Shown: positions 28,931-43,326, counted from the first letter of the stretch. The stretch: DNA of 64,000 nt from Bradymonadia bacterium (GCA_046290225.1 JBKAGE010000078.1:224001-288000), one strand, 5' to 3'. Notes: generated by a model not told the origin, from the letters alone. Program-made: numbers and translations.

Positions 28931-29962
28931 TCACTTACGGCGAGCGTCCGGGCTCCACCCTTCGAGTTTCATACCGAGTGCCAGGCCCATGGTGGCCAGG
29001 ACCTCTTTGATCTCTTTGAGAGACTTCCGACCAAAGTTCTTGGTCTTGAGCATCTCAGCTTCGGTCCGCTGAACCAGCTCACCGATGAATTTGATGTTGG
29101 CATTCTGCAGGCAGTTGGCCGAGCGCACCGAGAGCTCAAGCTCATCGACGGTGCGGTACAGGTTCTCGTTCTGCAGCAGCTCGTTCACCGGGGAATCGAC
29201 ATCCTCTTCGGGCTCGGCCTCTTCATCGAAGTTGATGAAGATGCTCACCTGCTCTTTGAGGATCTTGGCGGCGTAGGCCACGGCGTCGACAGGGATGACG
29301 CTGCCGTCGGTCCACACCTCGAGCACCAGACGATCGTAGTCAGTCTGCTGACCGACGCGAGCGTTGGTGACGTTGTAGTTCACGCGCCGAATGGGGCTGA
29401 ACATGGCGTCGATGGGGATGGTCCCCACAGGCTGGTTCTCGCTCTTGTTCTTCTCGGCAGGCACATAGCCCCAACCGGTCCGCACGGACAGCTCCATGCT
29501 GAGCCGGCCACCCTCGCTCACGGTGGCGATGTGGGCGTCGGGGTTGAGCACGTCCACCATGCCATCGCCGACGATGTCGGCACCGGTGACGGTGGCGGGG
29601 CCGGTGACGTCGAGACGCACGACGCGCGGCTCGTTGGTGTGCACCTTGAACCGCAGCTCCTTTACGTTGAGGATGATGTCAGTCACATCCTCGAGCACCT
29701 CAGGCACACTGCTGAACTCGTGCAGCACACCATCGATCCGCAGCGCGGTGCATGCTGCGCCCTGAAGGGACGACAGCAGGATCCGCCGCAGCGAGTTGCC
29801 GATGGTGATGCCGTAGCCCCGCTCAAAGGGCTCGGCGACGAACTTGCCATAGGTGTCAGTGGCGTGCTCGACCTGGATGCCCTTGGGACGAATCAAATCG
29901 CGCCAGTTGCGGGCGATCATCTCCATCGGCTTGTTCTCATCGACATTGACGTCATTCGTCAT
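28931..29962 (-). CDS. rpoA: RNA polymerase alpha subunit
   Basis: [33 protein letters not shown]. Confidence 0.99.
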   Translation of the reverse strand: MTNDVNVDENKPMEMIARNWRDLIRPKGIQVEHATDTYGKFVAEPFERGYGITIGNSLRRILLSSLQGAACTALRIDGVLHEFSSVPEVLEDVTDIILNVKELRFKVHTNEPRVVRLDVTGPATVTGADIVGDGMVDVLNPDAHIATVSEGGRLSMELSVRTGWGYVPAEKNKSENQPVGTIPIDAMFSPIRRVNYNVTNARVGQQTDYDRLVLEVWTDGSVIPVDAVAYAAKILKEQVSIFINFDEEAEPEEDVDSPVNELLQNENLYRTVDELELSVRSANCLQNANIKFIGELVQRTEAEMLKTKNFGRKSLKEIKEVLATMGLALGMKLEGWSPDARRK

Positions 29963-30153
29963 TGCGGACAGTCCCTCCTCAGGGGGGTTACCCGTTTACG
30001 AACCCACTGCGGATCCGGTACCCGAACCAGTGAATGAATCAGACAAGCCAAGACACATGTCGTCAGCCTGCCCCTGCTCGCCCGAGGGCGACGTTCAAAC
30101 ACAGCAGCGGCCACCCAGTTGAAGAGCGACCGCCACGCTGTGCAACCGCGAGA

Positions 30154-30549
30154 TTAGACGCGGCGACGCTTGGGGGGACGACACCCGTTGTGGGGAATCG
30201 GCGTGACGTCACGGATGTGAGTCACCTTGAACCCCGCCGAGTTGAGCGCCCGCAGCGCAGCCTCACGGCCAGCGCCAGGCCCCTTCACGTAGATGCCGAT
30301 GGAACGCATGCCATGCTCCATGGCTTTGCGCGCGGCATCTTCGGCGGCAAGCTGCGCCGCGAAGGGGGTGCTCTTCCGGCTGCCCTTGAAACCGCGGGAG
30401 CCGGCCGAGGACCAGGAGATGCAGTTCCCCTGGACGTCGGTGATGGTGATGATGGTGTTGTTGAACGTCGACTGAATGTGGGCAATGCCCGACTGGACGT
30501 TCTTCTTCACCTTGCGCTTGGTGCCCTTGCGGGAAGATGCCTTGGCCAT
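30154..30549 (-). CDS. rpsK: 30S ribosomal protein S11
   Basis: [27 protein letters not shown]. Confidence 0.99.
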   Translation of the reverse strand: MAKASSRKGTKRKVKKNVQSGIAHIQSTFNNTIITITDVQGNCISWSSAGSRGFKGSRKSTPFAAQLAAEDAARKAMEHGMRSIGIYVKGPGAGREAALRALNSAGFKVTHIRDVTPIPHNGCRPPKRRRV

Positions 30550-30573
30550 GGTTCAGGCGCCTTTCAGATATCT

Positions 30574-30942
30574 TTACTTCTTCTTCTTGGGCACGACCTT
30601 GCGGGGGCCCTTACGAGTCCTGGCGTTGGTCCGAGTACGCTGACCACGAACCGGCAGGCCGCGACGATGGCGCAGCCCACGGTAGCAGCCGAGATCCATC
30701 AAACGCTTGATGTTCAACTGCACCGTGCGACGAAGATCACCCTCAACCTTGAGGTGATCTTCGATGTAGGTCCGGATGCGACGAACGTCAGCATCAGACA
30801 GGTTGTCGGTCCGCAGGTTCTCGTCGATCCCACACGAGGCGAGGATCTTGGCCGAGGTGGAACGACCAATCCCGTGGATGTAGGTCAGACCAATCAGGAC
30901 CCGCTTGTTACGGGGCAGGTCTACGCCGGAAATACGCGCCAT
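30574..30942 (-). CDS. rpsM: 30S ribosomal protein S13
   Basis: [28 protein letters not shown]. Confidence 0.99.
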   Translation of the reverse strand: MARISGVDLPRNKRVLIGLTYIHGIGRSTSAKILASCGIDENLRTDNLSDADVRRIRTYIEDHLKVEGDLRRTVQLNIKRLMDLGCYRGLRHRRGLPVRGQRTRTNARTRKGPRKVVPKKKK

Positions 30943-30962
30943 CTTAGCTCTCTCCTGTGGGG

Positions 30963-31076
30963 TCAGCCCTGACGCTGCTTGTGGCGTGGGTTCTCACAGA
31001 TGACCCGGACCACCCCATGACGCCGAATAATTTTACACTTTTCGCAAATTCGCCTGACGGAGGCTCGAACCTTCAT
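30963..31076 (-). CDS. rpmJ: 50S ribosomal protein L36 (Zn-binding form)
   Basis: [37 protein letters not shown]. Confidence 0.98.
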   Translation of the reverse strand: MKVRASVRRICEKCKIIRRHGVVRVICENPRHKQRQG

Positions 31077-31249
31077 ATCCCTACTCCAGCTCTTCGTCGG
31101 AGCTTTCAACGGCCACAAGCGCATGGGCCGCTCATAATTTGCAGAGCCGCCTAAAAAGGCGGTTCTAAATAGAGTCAATCCAGCAACAAAGCAAGAAGTT
31201 TGTTGGACTGGTCTGCCCCCTGGTCAAACCCACATGGGTTTGACCCCGC

Positions 31250-32584
31250 TCAAGCGGTGGAGGTCTGCCGATTCCGGATACGCCCGCCGCGGCTCCGATC
31301 GGTGAAGTTGTCATAGTCGCGAGTGATCAGGTGACTCCTGATCTGCTCCACAGTATCCAAGGCCACGGAGACGACGATGAGCAGCGAGGTGCCACCGAAG
31401 TAGAACGAGACCTTGAACTCTTCCTGCACGAACATCGGCACGACACACACCGCGGCGACATAAGTAGCGCCACCAGTGGTGATACGGGTCAGCACGAAGT
31501 CGATGTACTCGGCGGTCTTGGCCCCAGGACGAATCCCGGGAATGTAGCCACCATGCTTCTTCAAGTTCTCAGCGACATCGACGGGATTGAACATCACGGC
31601 GGTGTAGAAGTAACAGAAGAAGATGATGAGGCCACAGAAGACCAGGTTGTACTGCCATGCACCAGGCGTCAGCGCGGCCTGAACCGTGTTCATCCACTCA
31701 GCGTCGGTCCACCCCGCGATGGTGGCGGGGAACATCAGGATCGACGAGGCGAAGATGGGCGGAATCACACCAGCCATGTTGACCCGCAGGGGCAAGTGGG
31801 TGCTCTGAGCGGCACCGACCTTGTTACCTACGAGTCGCTTGGCGTACTGAATCGGAATGCGCCGCTGACCCCGTTCGATGAACACGATGAACATGATGAC
31901 AGCCAGCACGACGCCCACGAGAGCGAGCAAGGTGAAGAGCTGAATCTGCTCAGAGCGGAACATCTGCAGAGTCTGCAGGATGGCGTCGGGCAGCCCGGCG
32001 ACGATGCCGGCGAAGATGATGAGGCTCATCCCGTTGCCGATGCCACGCTCGGTGATCTGCTCGCCGAGCCACATGATGAAAGCGGTACCAGCAGCAAGGG
32101 TGAGGACGGTCATGAACCGGAACGTGAACGTACCTGGCTCACGGACGACCTGACCACTGCCCCCCTCATTGATGCCCTCGAGGAAGAAGGCGATGAAGAG
32201 GCCCTGCACGATGGCGAGACCAATGGTGGAGTATCGCGTCCACTGATTGATCTTCTTACGCCCCTGCTCGCCCTCTTTGTTGAGACGGTCGAGAGTGGGC
32301 ACGACCACGGTGAGCAGCTGGAAGATGATGGAGGCAGAGATGTAGGGCATGATGCCCAGTGCGAACACGCTCAACTGTTCAATGGCACCGCCGCTGAACA
32401 TGTTGAACAGGCCAAGGAAGCCACCGCTCCCCTGACCCACGTTCATGAAGTCTGCCATCTTCTCGCGATCAACACCTGGCAGGGTAATGAATACGCCGAT
32501 CCGATAGACGGCGAGCATGGAAAGCGTAAATAGAATCCGCTTCCGGAGCTCGGGGATTCGGAAGATGTTGATCAGGGTTTCCAC
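31250..32584 (-). CDS. secY: Preprotein translocase SecY
   Basis: [40 protein letters not shown]. Confidence 0.99.
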   Translation of the reverse strand: METLINIFRIPELRKRILFTLSMLAVYRIGVFITLPGVDREKMADFMNVGQGSGGFLGLFNMFSGGAIEQLSVFALGIMPYISASIIFQLLTVVVPTLDRLNKEGEQGRKKINQWTRYSTIGLAIVQGLFIAFFLEGINEGGSGQVVREPGTFTFRFMTVLTLAAGTAFIMWLGEQITERGIGNGMSLIIFAGIVAGLPDAILQTLQMFRSEQIQLFTLLALVGVVLAVIMFIVFIERGQRRIPIQYAKRLVGNKVGAAQSTHLPLRVNMAGVIPPIFASSILMFPATIAGWTDAEWMNTVQAALTPGAWQYNLVFCGLIIFFCYFYTAVMFNPVDVAENLKKHGGYIPGIRPGAKTAEYIDFVLTRITTGGATYVAAVCVVPMFVQEEFKVSFYFGGTSLLIVVSVALDTVEQIRSHLITRDYDNFTDRSRGGRIRNRQTSTA

Positions 32585-32597
32585 TCGATGCCGCCTT

Positions 32598-33047
32598 TCA
32601 GCTGCCGAGGATCTCTACAGTCCCGCCGGCGCTCTCGATCTTTTGCACCGCGGACTTGCTGAACTTATGGGCCTTGACGGTGAGAGAGACGCTGATCTCC
32701 CCATCACCAAGGATCTTGAGGGCAGTGGCCCGCTTCTTGATGAGCCCGCGAGTCCGCAGGAACTCCTCGTCAACGATGGTGCCCGCCTCGAAGTTGGCAA
32801 GGGCGCCGACGTTGATGATGGCGATTTCCTCGCGGCTACGGCTCACGAAGCCTCGCTTGGGCAGACGACGGGCGAGGGGCATCTGGCCACCCTCGAAACC
32901 ACGCGCCGGACCACCACCGCTACGGGACTTCTGCCCCTTCATACCGCGGCCAGCGGTCTTGCCCCAGCCGGAGGACTCGCCTCGGCCGATGCGCTTCTTC
33001 TTACGAACTGCCCCTTCGGCAGGGGTCAGGTTGCTCAGCTCATTCAT
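32598..33047 (-). CDS. rplO: 50S ribosomal protein L15
   Basis: RIGRG..SG.GKT.GRG.KGQKSR, FEGGQMP. Confidence 0.98.
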   Translation of the reverse strand: MNELSNLTPAEGAVRKKKRIGRGESSGWGKTAGRGMKGQKSRSGGGPARGFEGGQMPLARRLPKRGFVSRSREEIAIINVGALANFEAGTIVDEEFLRTRGLIKKRATALKILGDGEISVSLTVKAHKFSKSAVQKIESAGGTVEILGS

Positions 33048-33050
33048 GGC

Positions 33051-33233
33051 TCACTCCCCTACCGATTCCCACTCGACCAGGTGGCTGACCTTGTTGATCA
33101 TGCCCCGAACGGCGGGGTTGTCGGGCAGAACTCGTGATGAGTTCAAACGGCCAAGGCCCAGACCCTTAAGGACATCACGGTGACGCTGAGGACGACCGAT
33201 GGGGCTCTTGCGCAAGGTAACTTTGATCTTCAT
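33051..33233 (-). CDS. rpmD: 50S ribosomal protein L30
   Basis: [14 protein letters not shown]...[11 protein letters not shown]. Confidence 0.97.
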   Translation of the reverse strand: MKIKVTLRKSPIGRPQRHRDVLKGLGLGRLNSSRVLPDNPAVRGMINKVSHLVEWESVGE

Positions 33234-33243
33234 GGTACGCTCC

Positions 33244-33756
33244 TCACTCCGGGACGTTGTGCCCGATGTCCTCGACGGACAGGCCACGCTTGGAGGCGGT
33301 GCGCTCCACGGAAACGAGGTGCTGCAGCGCGTTGACAGTGGCGTGGACCATGTTGTGAGGGTTGTTGCTCCCCAGCGACTTGGTCAGCACGTTGTGCACG
33401 CCGGCAGCCTCGAGGACGGCACGGACAGCACCACCGGCGATCACACCGGTACCACCACTGGCAGGGCGCAGAAGCACCCGCCCGGCACCGAAGTGGCCGA
33501 GGATGTCGTGAGGGATGGTCCCGTGAATCAAGGGGACGTCGAACATGGCCTTGCGGGCACGCTCGTTGCCCTTGCGGATCGCTTCGGGCACCTCGTTGGC
33601 CTTACCAAGACCAACGCCCACTCGACCCTGACCATTCCCAACGACGACGAGGGCGCTGAAGCTGAACCGCCGGCCGCCCTTGACCACCTTGGCCACTCGG
33701 TTGATGCTGATGACCTTGTCGATCAGCTCTTCTTCATTCGTGTTCGCCACGGCCAA
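33244..33756 (-). CDS. rpsE: 30S ribosomal protein S5
   Basis: [24 protein letters not shown]; start TTG 33756 or GTG 33750. Confidence 0.98.
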   Translation of the reverse strand: MAVANTNEEELIDKVISINRVAKVVKGGRRFSFSALVVVGNGQGRVGVGLGKANEVPEAIRKGNERARKAMFDVPLIHGTIPHDILGHFGAGRVLLRPASGGTGVIAGGAVRAVLEAAGVHNVLTKSLGSNNPHNMVHATVNALQHLVSVERTASKRGLSVEDIGHNVPE

Positions 33757-33844
33757 TTTTTAGCTCCCAGGCGGGCAACAGCCGCACATAAATAAAACGA
33801 ACGCGCTCAAACGTCGCCGACATGCGTCGTGCGATGGAGCGCGG

Positions 33845-33874
33845 AGTTTTAACTTCAGACCCTCCAGGTGTCAA
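33845..33874 (-). promoter_or_regulatory. Possible internal sigma70 promoter upstream of rpsE
   Basis: TTGACA-17/18-TAAAACT followed by CCGC in a 134-nt gap. Confidence 0.45.
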
Positions 33875-33890
33875 CACCTGACCGGCCAAC

Positions 33891-34259
33891 TTAGAATACG
33901 AGACCAGCTTCCCGGGCGGCGTCCGCGAGGACCTTCACGCGCCCGTGGTAGATGAACCCGTTGCGGTCAAAGACCACGGTTTCGATATTCTGAGCCCGAC
34001 ACTTGTCAGCGATCAGACGCCCAACCAAACCGGCCATCTCGGACTTCTTCTTCCCCTCACGCTGATCGCGAATCTCGGGGGTCAGAGTCGACGCCGCGGC
34101 CAGGGTACGGCCGGTGGTGTCATCGATGACCTGGGCATAGATGTGCTGACTCGAGCGGAAGACGCTCAGCCGAGGACGCTCGGTGCTGCCGCTGATCCGC
34201 TTGCGAATCGAACGCTTGCGCCGAAGGCGGCCCTGCAGTTTGGGATCGGTACGACCCAT
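33891..34259 (-). CDS. rplR: 50S ribosomal protein L18
   Basis: [22 protein letters not shown]. Confidence 0.98.
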   Translation of the reverse strand: MGRTDPKLQGRLRRKRSIRKRISGSTERPRLSVFRSSQHIYAQVIDDTTGRTLAAASTLTPEIRDQREGKKKSEMAGLVGRLIADKCRAQNIETVVFDRNGFIYHGRVKVLADAAREAGLVF

Positions 34260-34286
34260 TGTCTGATCTCCCTCGCCTCAACGACC

Positions 34287-34826
34287 TCAGCGGCCGCCAG
34301 ACTTGCCTTCTTTACGCCGGATAACTTCGTCGGAGTACTTCACGCCCTTGCCCTTGTAGGGCTCGGGGGGCCGGAAGCCGCGAATGACGGCGGCGGCCTG
34401 GCCCACCTTCTGGCGATCGATACCATTCACGGAAACGCGGGTTGCGCTCTCGATCTTGGCGTCGAGGCCCTCGGGCACTTCGTAATAGATGGGGTGGCTG
34501 TAGCCAAGCGAGAAGACGAGGTACTCCTTCTTCTGCTCGACCTTGTAACCCACGCCCACGATGTCCAGGGACTTGGTGTAGCCCTTGCTCACACCCTCAA
34601 CCATGTTGTTGATGAGGCTGCGTGCGAGGCCGTGCATGGCCTTGGCGGTCCGCTCCTCGGAGGCCCGCTTCACCACGACGTTACCGTCGTCGATGCTGAC
34701 GTCGACCTTGGGCGGAATAGGCCGGCTGAGGGTGCCCTTGGGCCCCTTCACCGTAATGTTGCCGCCAGAGGTCTCCACGGTCACCCCACCAGGGATAACC
34801 ACCGGCAATTTGCCGATACGGGACAT
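34287..34826 (-). CDS. rplF: 50S ribosomal protein L6
   Basis: MSRIGK, RPPEPYKGKG. Confidence 0.98.
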   Translation of the reverse strand: MSRIGKLPVVIPGGVTVETSGGNITVKGPKGTLSRPIPPKVDVSIDDGNVVVKRASEERTAKAMHGLARSLINNMVEGVSKGYTKSLDIVGVGYKVEQKKEYLVFSLGYSHPIYYEVPEGLDAKIESATRVSVNGIDRQKVGQAAAVIRGFRPPEPYKGKGVKYSDEVIRRKEGKSGGR

Positions 34827-34899
34827 GATGGTCTCCTATCTTTGGATACTGGCAGTGACGGCAGGCTCGGCCCGACCGCCTCAAATCACCAAGTTGTCT

Positions 34900-35298
34900 T
34901 CACCACACCGAGCAGAGGTGCTCACCACCAATTTGGAGGGAGCGAGCCTGCTTGTCGGACATCACACCCCGAGAGGTGGACAAGATGGCGATGCCAAGGC
35001 CATTCCGCACGCGCGGGAGGCCACGATGCTTGACATAGATACGCTGGCCAGGACGTGACACACGCTTCAAGCCGGTGATGACTGAGGCGTTCTCAGGCGT
35101 GTACTTCAGGAAGATGCAAATCTGATCCTGAACGCCGTCCTTCACGATCTTGAAGTTACGCACGAAACCCTCCTCACGGAGGATGTTCACGATGCGCAGC
35201 TTCAAGTTGGACGCTGGGACGAATACCTTGTCGTGCCGCACGGCTGAAGCGTTGCGAATACGAGTCAAGAGGTCCGCAATCGGGTCGGTCATCCCCAC
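34900..35298 (-). CDS. rpsH: 30S ribosomal protein S8
   Basis: [27 protein letters not shown]. Confidence 0.98.
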   Translation of the reverse strand: MGMTDPIADLLTRIRNASAVRHDKVFVPASNLKLRIVNILREEGFVRNFKIVKDGVQDQICIFLKYTPENASVITGLKRVSRPGQRIYVKHRGLPRVRNGLGIAILSTSRGVMSDKQARSLQIGGEHLCSVW

Positions 35299-35365
35299 GG
35301 AACTTCCCCTTGTAGCATTAGGCGTGAGCCCTGAGGCCCAAACCTGTGAAACGTTTCAAAACGGA

Positions 35366-35925
<560 letters not shown>

Positions 35926-35929
<4 letters not shown>

Positions 35930-36303
35930 CGGAACACCTCACCGGTCCGGGCGCAGTACCGGACCTTCTTGATCGTGCCGTCTTGCTGGCCGCCGAAGCT
36001 GGCCAGCGCCTCTTTCTTGGAGGCAAACAGCGCGCCTTCCTTGCCCTCGTAACGGTACCCGAGACGCACGCCACGGCCCGCCTCTTCGGAATATACGAGA
36101 ACGTTGGAGGCGTGAATGCCTGCCTCTTTCTCAATGATGCCCGACTCTTCGTTGGCCACGTTCTGTCGCTGGTGGCGCTTGACGATGTTCAGGCCTTCTA
36201 CATAGACGCGGTTCCGCCGGTGATCGACCCGAATAACGGTCCCGATCTTGCCCTTCTCTTTGCCGGCGGTCACCTGGACCTTGTCGTTGGTCTTGATGTG
36301 CAT
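35926..36303 (-). CDS. rplX: 50S ribosomal protein L24
   Basis: KOW motif V.AGKEKGK.G.V; EA.IH.SNV. Confidence 0.97.
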
Positions 36304-36341
36304 ATTGATACCTCGACCTCGGGGCAGACTCAGTGAGCCGC

Positions 36342-36710
36342 TCAGAGAACCTCTGGGGCCAGCGAAACGATCTTCATAAACTTCTTGGCGCGCAGCTCGC
36401 GAGCTACAGGGCCGAAGATACGGGTACCGACGGGCTCGTTCGAGTTGTCGATGAGCACGGCGGAGTTCTCATCGAACTTGATGTACGACCCGTCGACTCG
36501 GCGCACCTCTTTCTTGGTGCGCACGATCACTGCCCGCTTCACCTGGCCCTTCTTGACCTTGGAGTTGGGCAGCGCCTCTTTGACGGCCACGACGACGATG
36601 TCGCCGATGGAAGCCACCCGACGCTTGGAGCCCCCGAGCACCTTGATGCACTGGAGCTTCTTGGCACCGGAGTTGTCGGCGGCGGTCATCACGCTCTGCA
36701 TCTGGATCAT
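36342..36710 (-). CDS. rplN: 50S ribosomal protein L14
   Basis: [26 protein letters not shown]. Confidence 0.99.
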   Translation of the reverse strand: MIQMQSVMTAADNSGAKKLQCIKVLGGSKRRVASIGDIVVVAVKEALPNSKVKKGQVKRAVIVRTKKEVRRVDGSYIKFDENSAVLIDNSNEPVGTRIFGPVARELRAKKFMKIVSLAPEVL

Positions 36711-36748
36711 GGTCTGATCTCCTTATAAAGCTGATGGGTGGTCTGAAA

Positions 36749-37060
36749 TCAGACCACCACCGCCCGGGTCTTGATGGACTGAAGACGCCAACGCTTCTCG
36801 CGGCTCATGGGACGGCACTCCTCGATGAGGACGGTGTCGCCGGTACGGGCCTCGTTGCGCTCGTCGTGGGCTTTGTACTTCACCCGCTGACGGACGTACT
36901 TCTTGTAGACAGGGTGACGCACCATGCGCACGGTCTGCACGACGATGGTCTTCTCCATCTTGTCGCTGACCACGACGCCCTCGCGCACCTTACGGTGGCC
37001 CCGAGTACGGGTGGTGTCGGCGGCAGCGCCTGCCTCTTCCTTGTTCACAACGTCAGTCAT
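36749..37060 (-). CDS. rpsQ: 30S ribosomal protein S17
   Basis: GVVVSDKMEKTIVV, HPVYKK, ECRPMS. Confidence 0.98.
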   Translation of the reverse strand: MTDVVNKEEAGAAADTTRTRGHRKVREGVVVSDKMEKTIVVQTVRMVRHPVYKKYVRQRVKYKAHDERNEARTGDTVLIEECRPMSREKRWRLQSIKTRAVVV

Positions 37061-37072
37061 GTCAAAATCCCG

Positions 37073-37279
37073 TTACTTGTCGGCCTGTTGGGCAAGCTCG
37101 CGCTCACGGATCACGGTCTCGACGCGGGCGATGTCTCGCCGCGTGACGCGGATCTCAGCGGTGTTGAGCAGCTGGCCAGTGTAATGCTTAAAACGCAGGT
37201 CGAAGCTCTGGCGACGCAGCTCGGCGCTGAGCGCCTTGAGCTCGTCGACCGACTTCTCCCTCAAATCTTTGGCCTTCAT
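37073..37279 (-). CDS. rpmC: 50S ribosomal protein L29
   Basis: MKAKDLR, RRDIAR..T. Confidence 0.96.
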   Translation of the reverse strand: MKAKDLREKSVDELKALSAELRRQSFDLRFKHYTGQLLNTAEIRVTRRDIARVETVIRERELAQQADK

Positions 37280-37280
37280 G

Positions 37281-37691
37281 TCACTGACCTCTCATCAGGA
37301 AACGGGTCTTGACGGGCAGCTTGTGGGCGGCGAGCCGGAAAGCCTCACGGGCGAGCTCTTCGCTGACGCCCTCCATCTCATACATGACGCGGCCAGGGCG
37401 AATCATGACCACCCAGTGGTCCACAGCACCCTTACCTTTACCCATCCGGGTCTCAGCGGGCTTCTTGCTGATCGGCTTGTCGGGAAACACCCGAATCCAG
37501 ATCTTGCCGGTACGCTTGACGTGACGGGTCATCGCGATACGGGCAGCCTCGATCTGGCGAGCGGTGACTCGACCATGGGACAACGCCTGCAGCCCGAACT
37601 CCCCGAAGTGGACATCGGTACCGCCCTTGGCGAGGCCCCTCAAGCGGCCCTTTTGCTGCTTACGAAATTTGGTTCTCTTCGGGGACAGCAT
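37281..37691 (-). CDS. rplP: 50S ribosomal protein L16
   Basis: [18 protein letters not shown]. Confidence 0.99.
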   Translation of the reverse strand: MLSPKRTKFRKQQKGRLRGLAKGGTDVHFGEFGLQALSHGRVTARQIEAARIAMTRHVKRTGKIWIRVFPDKPISKKPAETRMGKGKGAVDHWVVMIRPGRVMYEMEGVSEELAREAFRLAAHKLPVKTRFLMRGQ

Positions 37692-37755
37692 TGTCTCTCT
37701 CCCGCAGTGTCAGGGAATCCCCTGCACTTTCGTGTGATAAACCGCTCGAGGTGAG

Positions 37756-38406
37756 TCAGCGACGTGCGCCGGCTTCCTTGTCCTCGAGAACCTCGCCTTT
37801 GAAAATCCAGCACTTGATGCCAATGACCCCGTAGGTGGTCCTGGCAATGGCGGTGCCGTAGTCGATGTCGGCGCGAAGAGTGTGCAACGGCACCCGGCCG
37901 TCGCGGTACCACTCGTACCGACCCATCTCGGCGCCGCCGAGCCGCCCGGAGGCGGAGATACGGAAGCCCTTGGCGCCGAACTTCATGCCCGTCTGCATGG
38001 CCTTCTTGAGGGCCCGACGGAATGCGACGCGACGCACGAGCTGTGCGGCGACGTTCTCGGCGACGAGGGTGGCGTCGAGCTCGGCCTTGCGGACCTCCTG
38101 GATGTTCAGGAAGATCTCGCCGGCAACGAGCTTGCTCACGTCACGCTTGAGCTCATCGACCCCAGCGCCACGCTTGCCGATCACGATGCCAGGCCGGGCG
38201 GTGAAGATGTTGATCTTCACCTTGTTGGCCATGCGCTCGATCTCGATCTTCGAGATGCCGGCGTGCATGAGTTTCTTCTTGATGAAGCGACGCAGCTTGA
38301 TGTCCTCGTGGAGCCAATCAGCGTAACGCTTCTCTTCGTACCACTTGGACTTCCAGCCCTTGATGACCCCGAGACGGAAGCCAATCGGATGAGTTTTCTG
38401 GCCCAT
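37756..38406 (-). CDS. rpsC: 30S ribosomal protein S3
   Basis: [27 protein letters not shown]. Confidence 0.99.
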   Translation of the reverse strand: MGQKTHPIGFRLGVIKGWKSKWYEEKRYADWLHEDIKLRRFIKKKLMHAGISKIEIERMANKVKINIFTARPGIVIGKRGAGVDELKRDVSKLVAGEIFLNIQEVRKAELDATLVAENVAAQLVRRVAFRRALKKAMQTGMKFGAKGFRISASGRLGGAEMGRYEWYRDGRVPLHTLRADIDYGTAIARTTYGVIGIKCWIFKGEVLEDKEAGARR

Positions 38407-38420
38407 CGGTTAAACCTCTC

Positions 38421-38747
38421 TCAGTCCACCACGCCGAGCACGCAGGTCACGTGGCTCGTCATCTTGTTGATCCGGGTCGCCCGGCCCATGGCCCGGGGAC
38501 GGAAGCGACGAAGGGTCGGGCCCTCGTCGACGAAGATTTCCTTGACGAACAAGGCGTCGGGATCGACGCCGGCGTTCTCAGCGTTGCTGGCGGCGCTCTC
38601 AATGAGCTTGCGCACCGGCTCGCTGGCCGCACGATGGGTGAACGTCAAGATGTTCACGGCCTCGGCGAGGGACTTGCCCCGGACGAGGTTTACGACCAGC
38701 CGAGTCTTGCGAGGGCTGACTCGGAGGTATCGAAGCTTAGCCTTCAT
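38421..38747 (-). CDS. rplV: 50S ribosomal protein L22
   Basis: [20 protein letters not shown] 38747. Confidence 0.98.
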   Translation of the reverse strand: MKAKLRYLRVSPRKTRLVVNLVRGKSLAEAVNILTFTHRAASEPVRKLIESAASNAENAGVDPDALFVKEIFVDEGPTLRRFRPRAMGRATRINKMTSHVTCVLGVVD

Positions 38748-38760
38748 CGGGTCATCTCCC

Positions 38761-39039
38761 TCAGCGCCGCTTGGACTTCTTATCGGCCATGTGGCCGTAG
38801 TAAGTCCGGGTGGGCGAGAACTCGCCAAGCTTGTGACCAACCATGTTCTCGGTGACGAACACCGGGATGAACTTGCGGCCATTGTGCACGGCGAAGGTGT
38901 GGCCGAGGAACTCAGGCAGAATCGTACTGCGCCGAGACCAGGTCTTGATCACCTTTTTGGAGCCCGACTCGTTCATCTGCATCACCTTGTCCATGAGGTG
39001 ATGGTCGACGAAGGGCCCCTTGCGAATTGAACGTGGCAT
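38761..39039 (-). CDS. rpsS: 30S ribosomal protein S19
   Basis: [21 protein letters not shown]. Confidence 0.99.
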   Translation of the reverse strand: MPRSIRKGPFVDHHLMDKVMQMNESGSKKVIKTWSRRSTILPEFLGHTFAVHNGRKFIPVFVTENMVGHKLGEFSPTRTYYGHMADKKSKRR

Positions 39040-39053
39040 CGTCTACCCCTTCC

Positions 39054-39881
39054 TCACTTCTTGCCGCGGCGCTTGACGATCATGTTGTCGGTACGGTGGT
39101 TCCGGCGGGTCTTCTTGCCCTTGGTCGGCACACCCCAAGGCGAAACGGGGTGACGACCACCGGAGGTCCGACCCTCACCACCACCGTGGGGGTGATCGAC
39201 GGGGTTCATGGCCACACCGCGAACGGCGGGGCGCTTGCCGAGCCAGCGTGAGCGACCGGCCTTGCCGAGCCGCACGTTGCCGTGCTCTTCGTTGCCCACC
39301 TGGCCAACAGTGGCCCGGCAGTTGAGGTGCACGCGGCGGACCTCACCGGAGGGCAGACGGAGCTGGCTCCAGTCACCCTCTTTGGCGAGGATCTGAGCGG
39401 AAGCACCAGCGGCACGGCACATACGAGCGCCGGCGCCGATCTTCAGCTCGACCGCGTGAATCAGCGTACCCACGGGGATGTTCCGGATGGGCAGGCTGTT
39501 ACCAGGCTTGATGTCAGCACCACGGCTGGAGACGACGACGTCACCGGCCTTGAGGCCCTTGGGAGCCAGGATGTAGCGCTTCTCGCCATCGACGTAGTGG
39601 AGCAGAGCGATACGCGCGCTGCGGTTGGGATCGTACTCGATGGTGGCCACGTGGGCCTCGACACCGTACTTGTCCCGCTTGAAGTCGATGATGCGGTAAC
39701 GACGCTTGTGACCGCCGCCACGACGACGGGCGGTGATGCGACCGTAGACGTTGCGACCTGCCTTCTTGCGCAGGGCCGACGTGAGCTTCTTCAAGGGACC
39801 GTTGCTGGCGGTCTCCGAGAAATCGCTCACGGACATGGCCCGGCGACCGGCAGAAGTCGGCTTGTACTTCTTGGTAGCCAT
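39054..39881 (-). CDS. rplB: 50S ribosomal protein L2
   Basis: [26 protein letters not shown]. Confidence 0.99.
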   Translation of the reverse strand: MATKKYKPTSAGRRAMSVSDFSETASNGPLKKLTSALRKKAGRNVYGRITARRRGGGHKRRYRIIDFKRDKYGVEAHVATIEYDPNRSARIALLHYVDGEKRYILAPKGLKAGDVVVSSRGADIKPGNSLPIRNIPVGTLIHAVELKIGAGARMCRAAGASAQILAKEGDWSQLRLPSGEVRRVHLNCRATVGQVGNEEHGNVRLGKAGRSRWLGKRPAVRGVAMNPVDHPHGGGEGRTSGGRHPVSPWGVPTKGKKTRRNHRTDNMIVKRRGKK

Positions 39882-39887
39882 CGCTGC

Positions 39888-40244
39888 TTACTCCGTCGCC
39901 TCGTCGATGGGGGCGTCGAACTCGCCCATCCCGTCCACGTCTTCCAGGTCATCGAGGCCTTCGAAGAACTCCACCTCGGAGCCCTCGGCGAGGGTGACGA
40001 TGGCCTTCTTCCACCCGGTGCGGTAACCCATGCTACGGCCGACGCGCTTGGGCTTGCCGCGGTAGATCATGGTGTTGACCGACTCGACCTTGACGTCGAG
40101 CAGCTGCTCGACGGCCTGGCGGATCTCGATCTTGTTGGCATCTTTGCGGACCACGAAGGCCACCTGGTTGGTGTCTTCCTTCTGAGCCGTGGTCTTCTCG
40201 GTGATCAGCGGCCGCCGCAGGATGCTGTGGATATCTTTCTTCAT
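39888..40244 (-). CDS. rplW: 50S ribosomal protein L23 with an acidic C-terminal tail
   Basis: PLITEK, ANKIEI, WKKAIVTL. Confidence 0.97.
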   Translation of the reverse strand: MKKDIHSILRRPLITEKTTAQKEDTNQVAFVVRKDANKIEIRQAVEQLLDVKVESVNTMIYRGKPKRVGRSMGYRTGWKKAIVTLAEGSEVEFFEGLDDLEDVDGMGEFDAPIDEATE

Positions 40245-40861
40245 TTGCCCAACACTCCCTCGATGCGCCGCACTGCGGGCTCGGTGAGCACCACATAGTT
40301 GTGCTTGAGCACATCAAACAGGTTCAGCCCCTCAACCGGCAGGTACTTGACCCGGGGGAGGTTGCGGACCGACAGCTGCAGCTCGTTGTTGGGGCCGTCG
40401 ATGACCACGGCGTTGCCGTTGGTCAGCGCACCCATCACCTTGGCGGCGGTCTTGGTCTTGATCTCACCGAGGGTGAGATCCTGAACCACCACGAGGTGAC
40501 CCTCCTGAACGCGACGGCTCAGAGCGGAACGAAGAGCGGCCTTGCGCACCTTCTTGTTGATGGGGAAGGCGTGCGAACGGGGCTGAGGCCCGTGCACGAC
40601 ACCACCACCGACAAACTGGGGTGCGCGGCGGGTGCCTTGACGTGCACGACCGGTGCCCTTCTGACGGTAGGGCTTGGCCCCACCACCCGCCACCTGGGAT
40701 CGACCCTTGGTGGCGTGGGTACCAGCGCGCCGCTTGGCGAGCTGCCACTTGATGACTTCATAAAAGAGGTGCTCTTTGACCTCGGTGTTGAACACCGAAT
40801 CGGAGACCTCAATCTCTCCGACCTGCTGCTTGGTCAGGTCGTATACCGGGAGCGTAGCCAT
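40241..40861 (-). CDS. rplD: 50S ribosomal protein L4
   Basis: [25 protein letters not shown]. Confidence 0.98.
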   Translation of the reverse strand: MATLPVYDLTKQQVGEIEVSDSVFNTEVKEHLFYEVIKWQLAKRRAGTHATKGRSQVAGGGAKPYRQKGTGRARQGTRRAPQFVGGGVVHGPQPRSHAFPINKKVRKAALRSALSRRVQEGHLVVVQDLTLGEIKTKTAAKVMGALTNGNAVVIDGPNNELQLSVRNLPRVKYLPVEGLNLFDVLKHNYVVLTEPAVRRIEGVLGK

Positions 40862-40874
40862 TGATAAAAGCTCC

Positions 40875-41180
40875 TCAGGACTTCAGCTCGACGTTCACCC
40901 CAGCAGACAGGTCGAGCTTCATCAGCGCGTCCAGGGTCTGCGGAGTGGGCTCCAAGATATCGAGCAGTCGCTTGTGCGTGCGGATCTCGAACTGCTCCCG
41001 GCTCTTCTTGTCGACGTGGGGGCCTCTCAACACGGTGTAGCGGCTGATCGCGGTGGGGAGAGGAATCGGCCCCGCCACCTTGGCCCCGGTGCGCCGCGCA
41101 ATGTCGACGATCTCGGAGGCCGACTGATCGAGCAGCTTGTGATCGTAAGCCTTCAGCCGGATACGGATCTTCTGACTCAT
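40875..41180 (-). CDS. rpsJ: 30S ribosomal protein S10
   Basis: [30 protein letters not shown]. Confidence 0.99.
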   Translation of the reverse strand: MSQKIRIRLKAYDHKLLDQSASEIVDIARRTGAKVAGPIPLPTAISRYTVLRGPHVDKKSREQFEIRTHKRLLDILEPTPQTLDALMKLDLSAGVNVELKS

Positions 41181-41247
41181 GGTCCAGGTCCTATCTAAAC
41201 CGTCTCTCGAAGCCGCCCTTTCTCAAGAGCCGGCTCGACGGATACCC

Positions 41248-43326
<2,079 letters not shown>

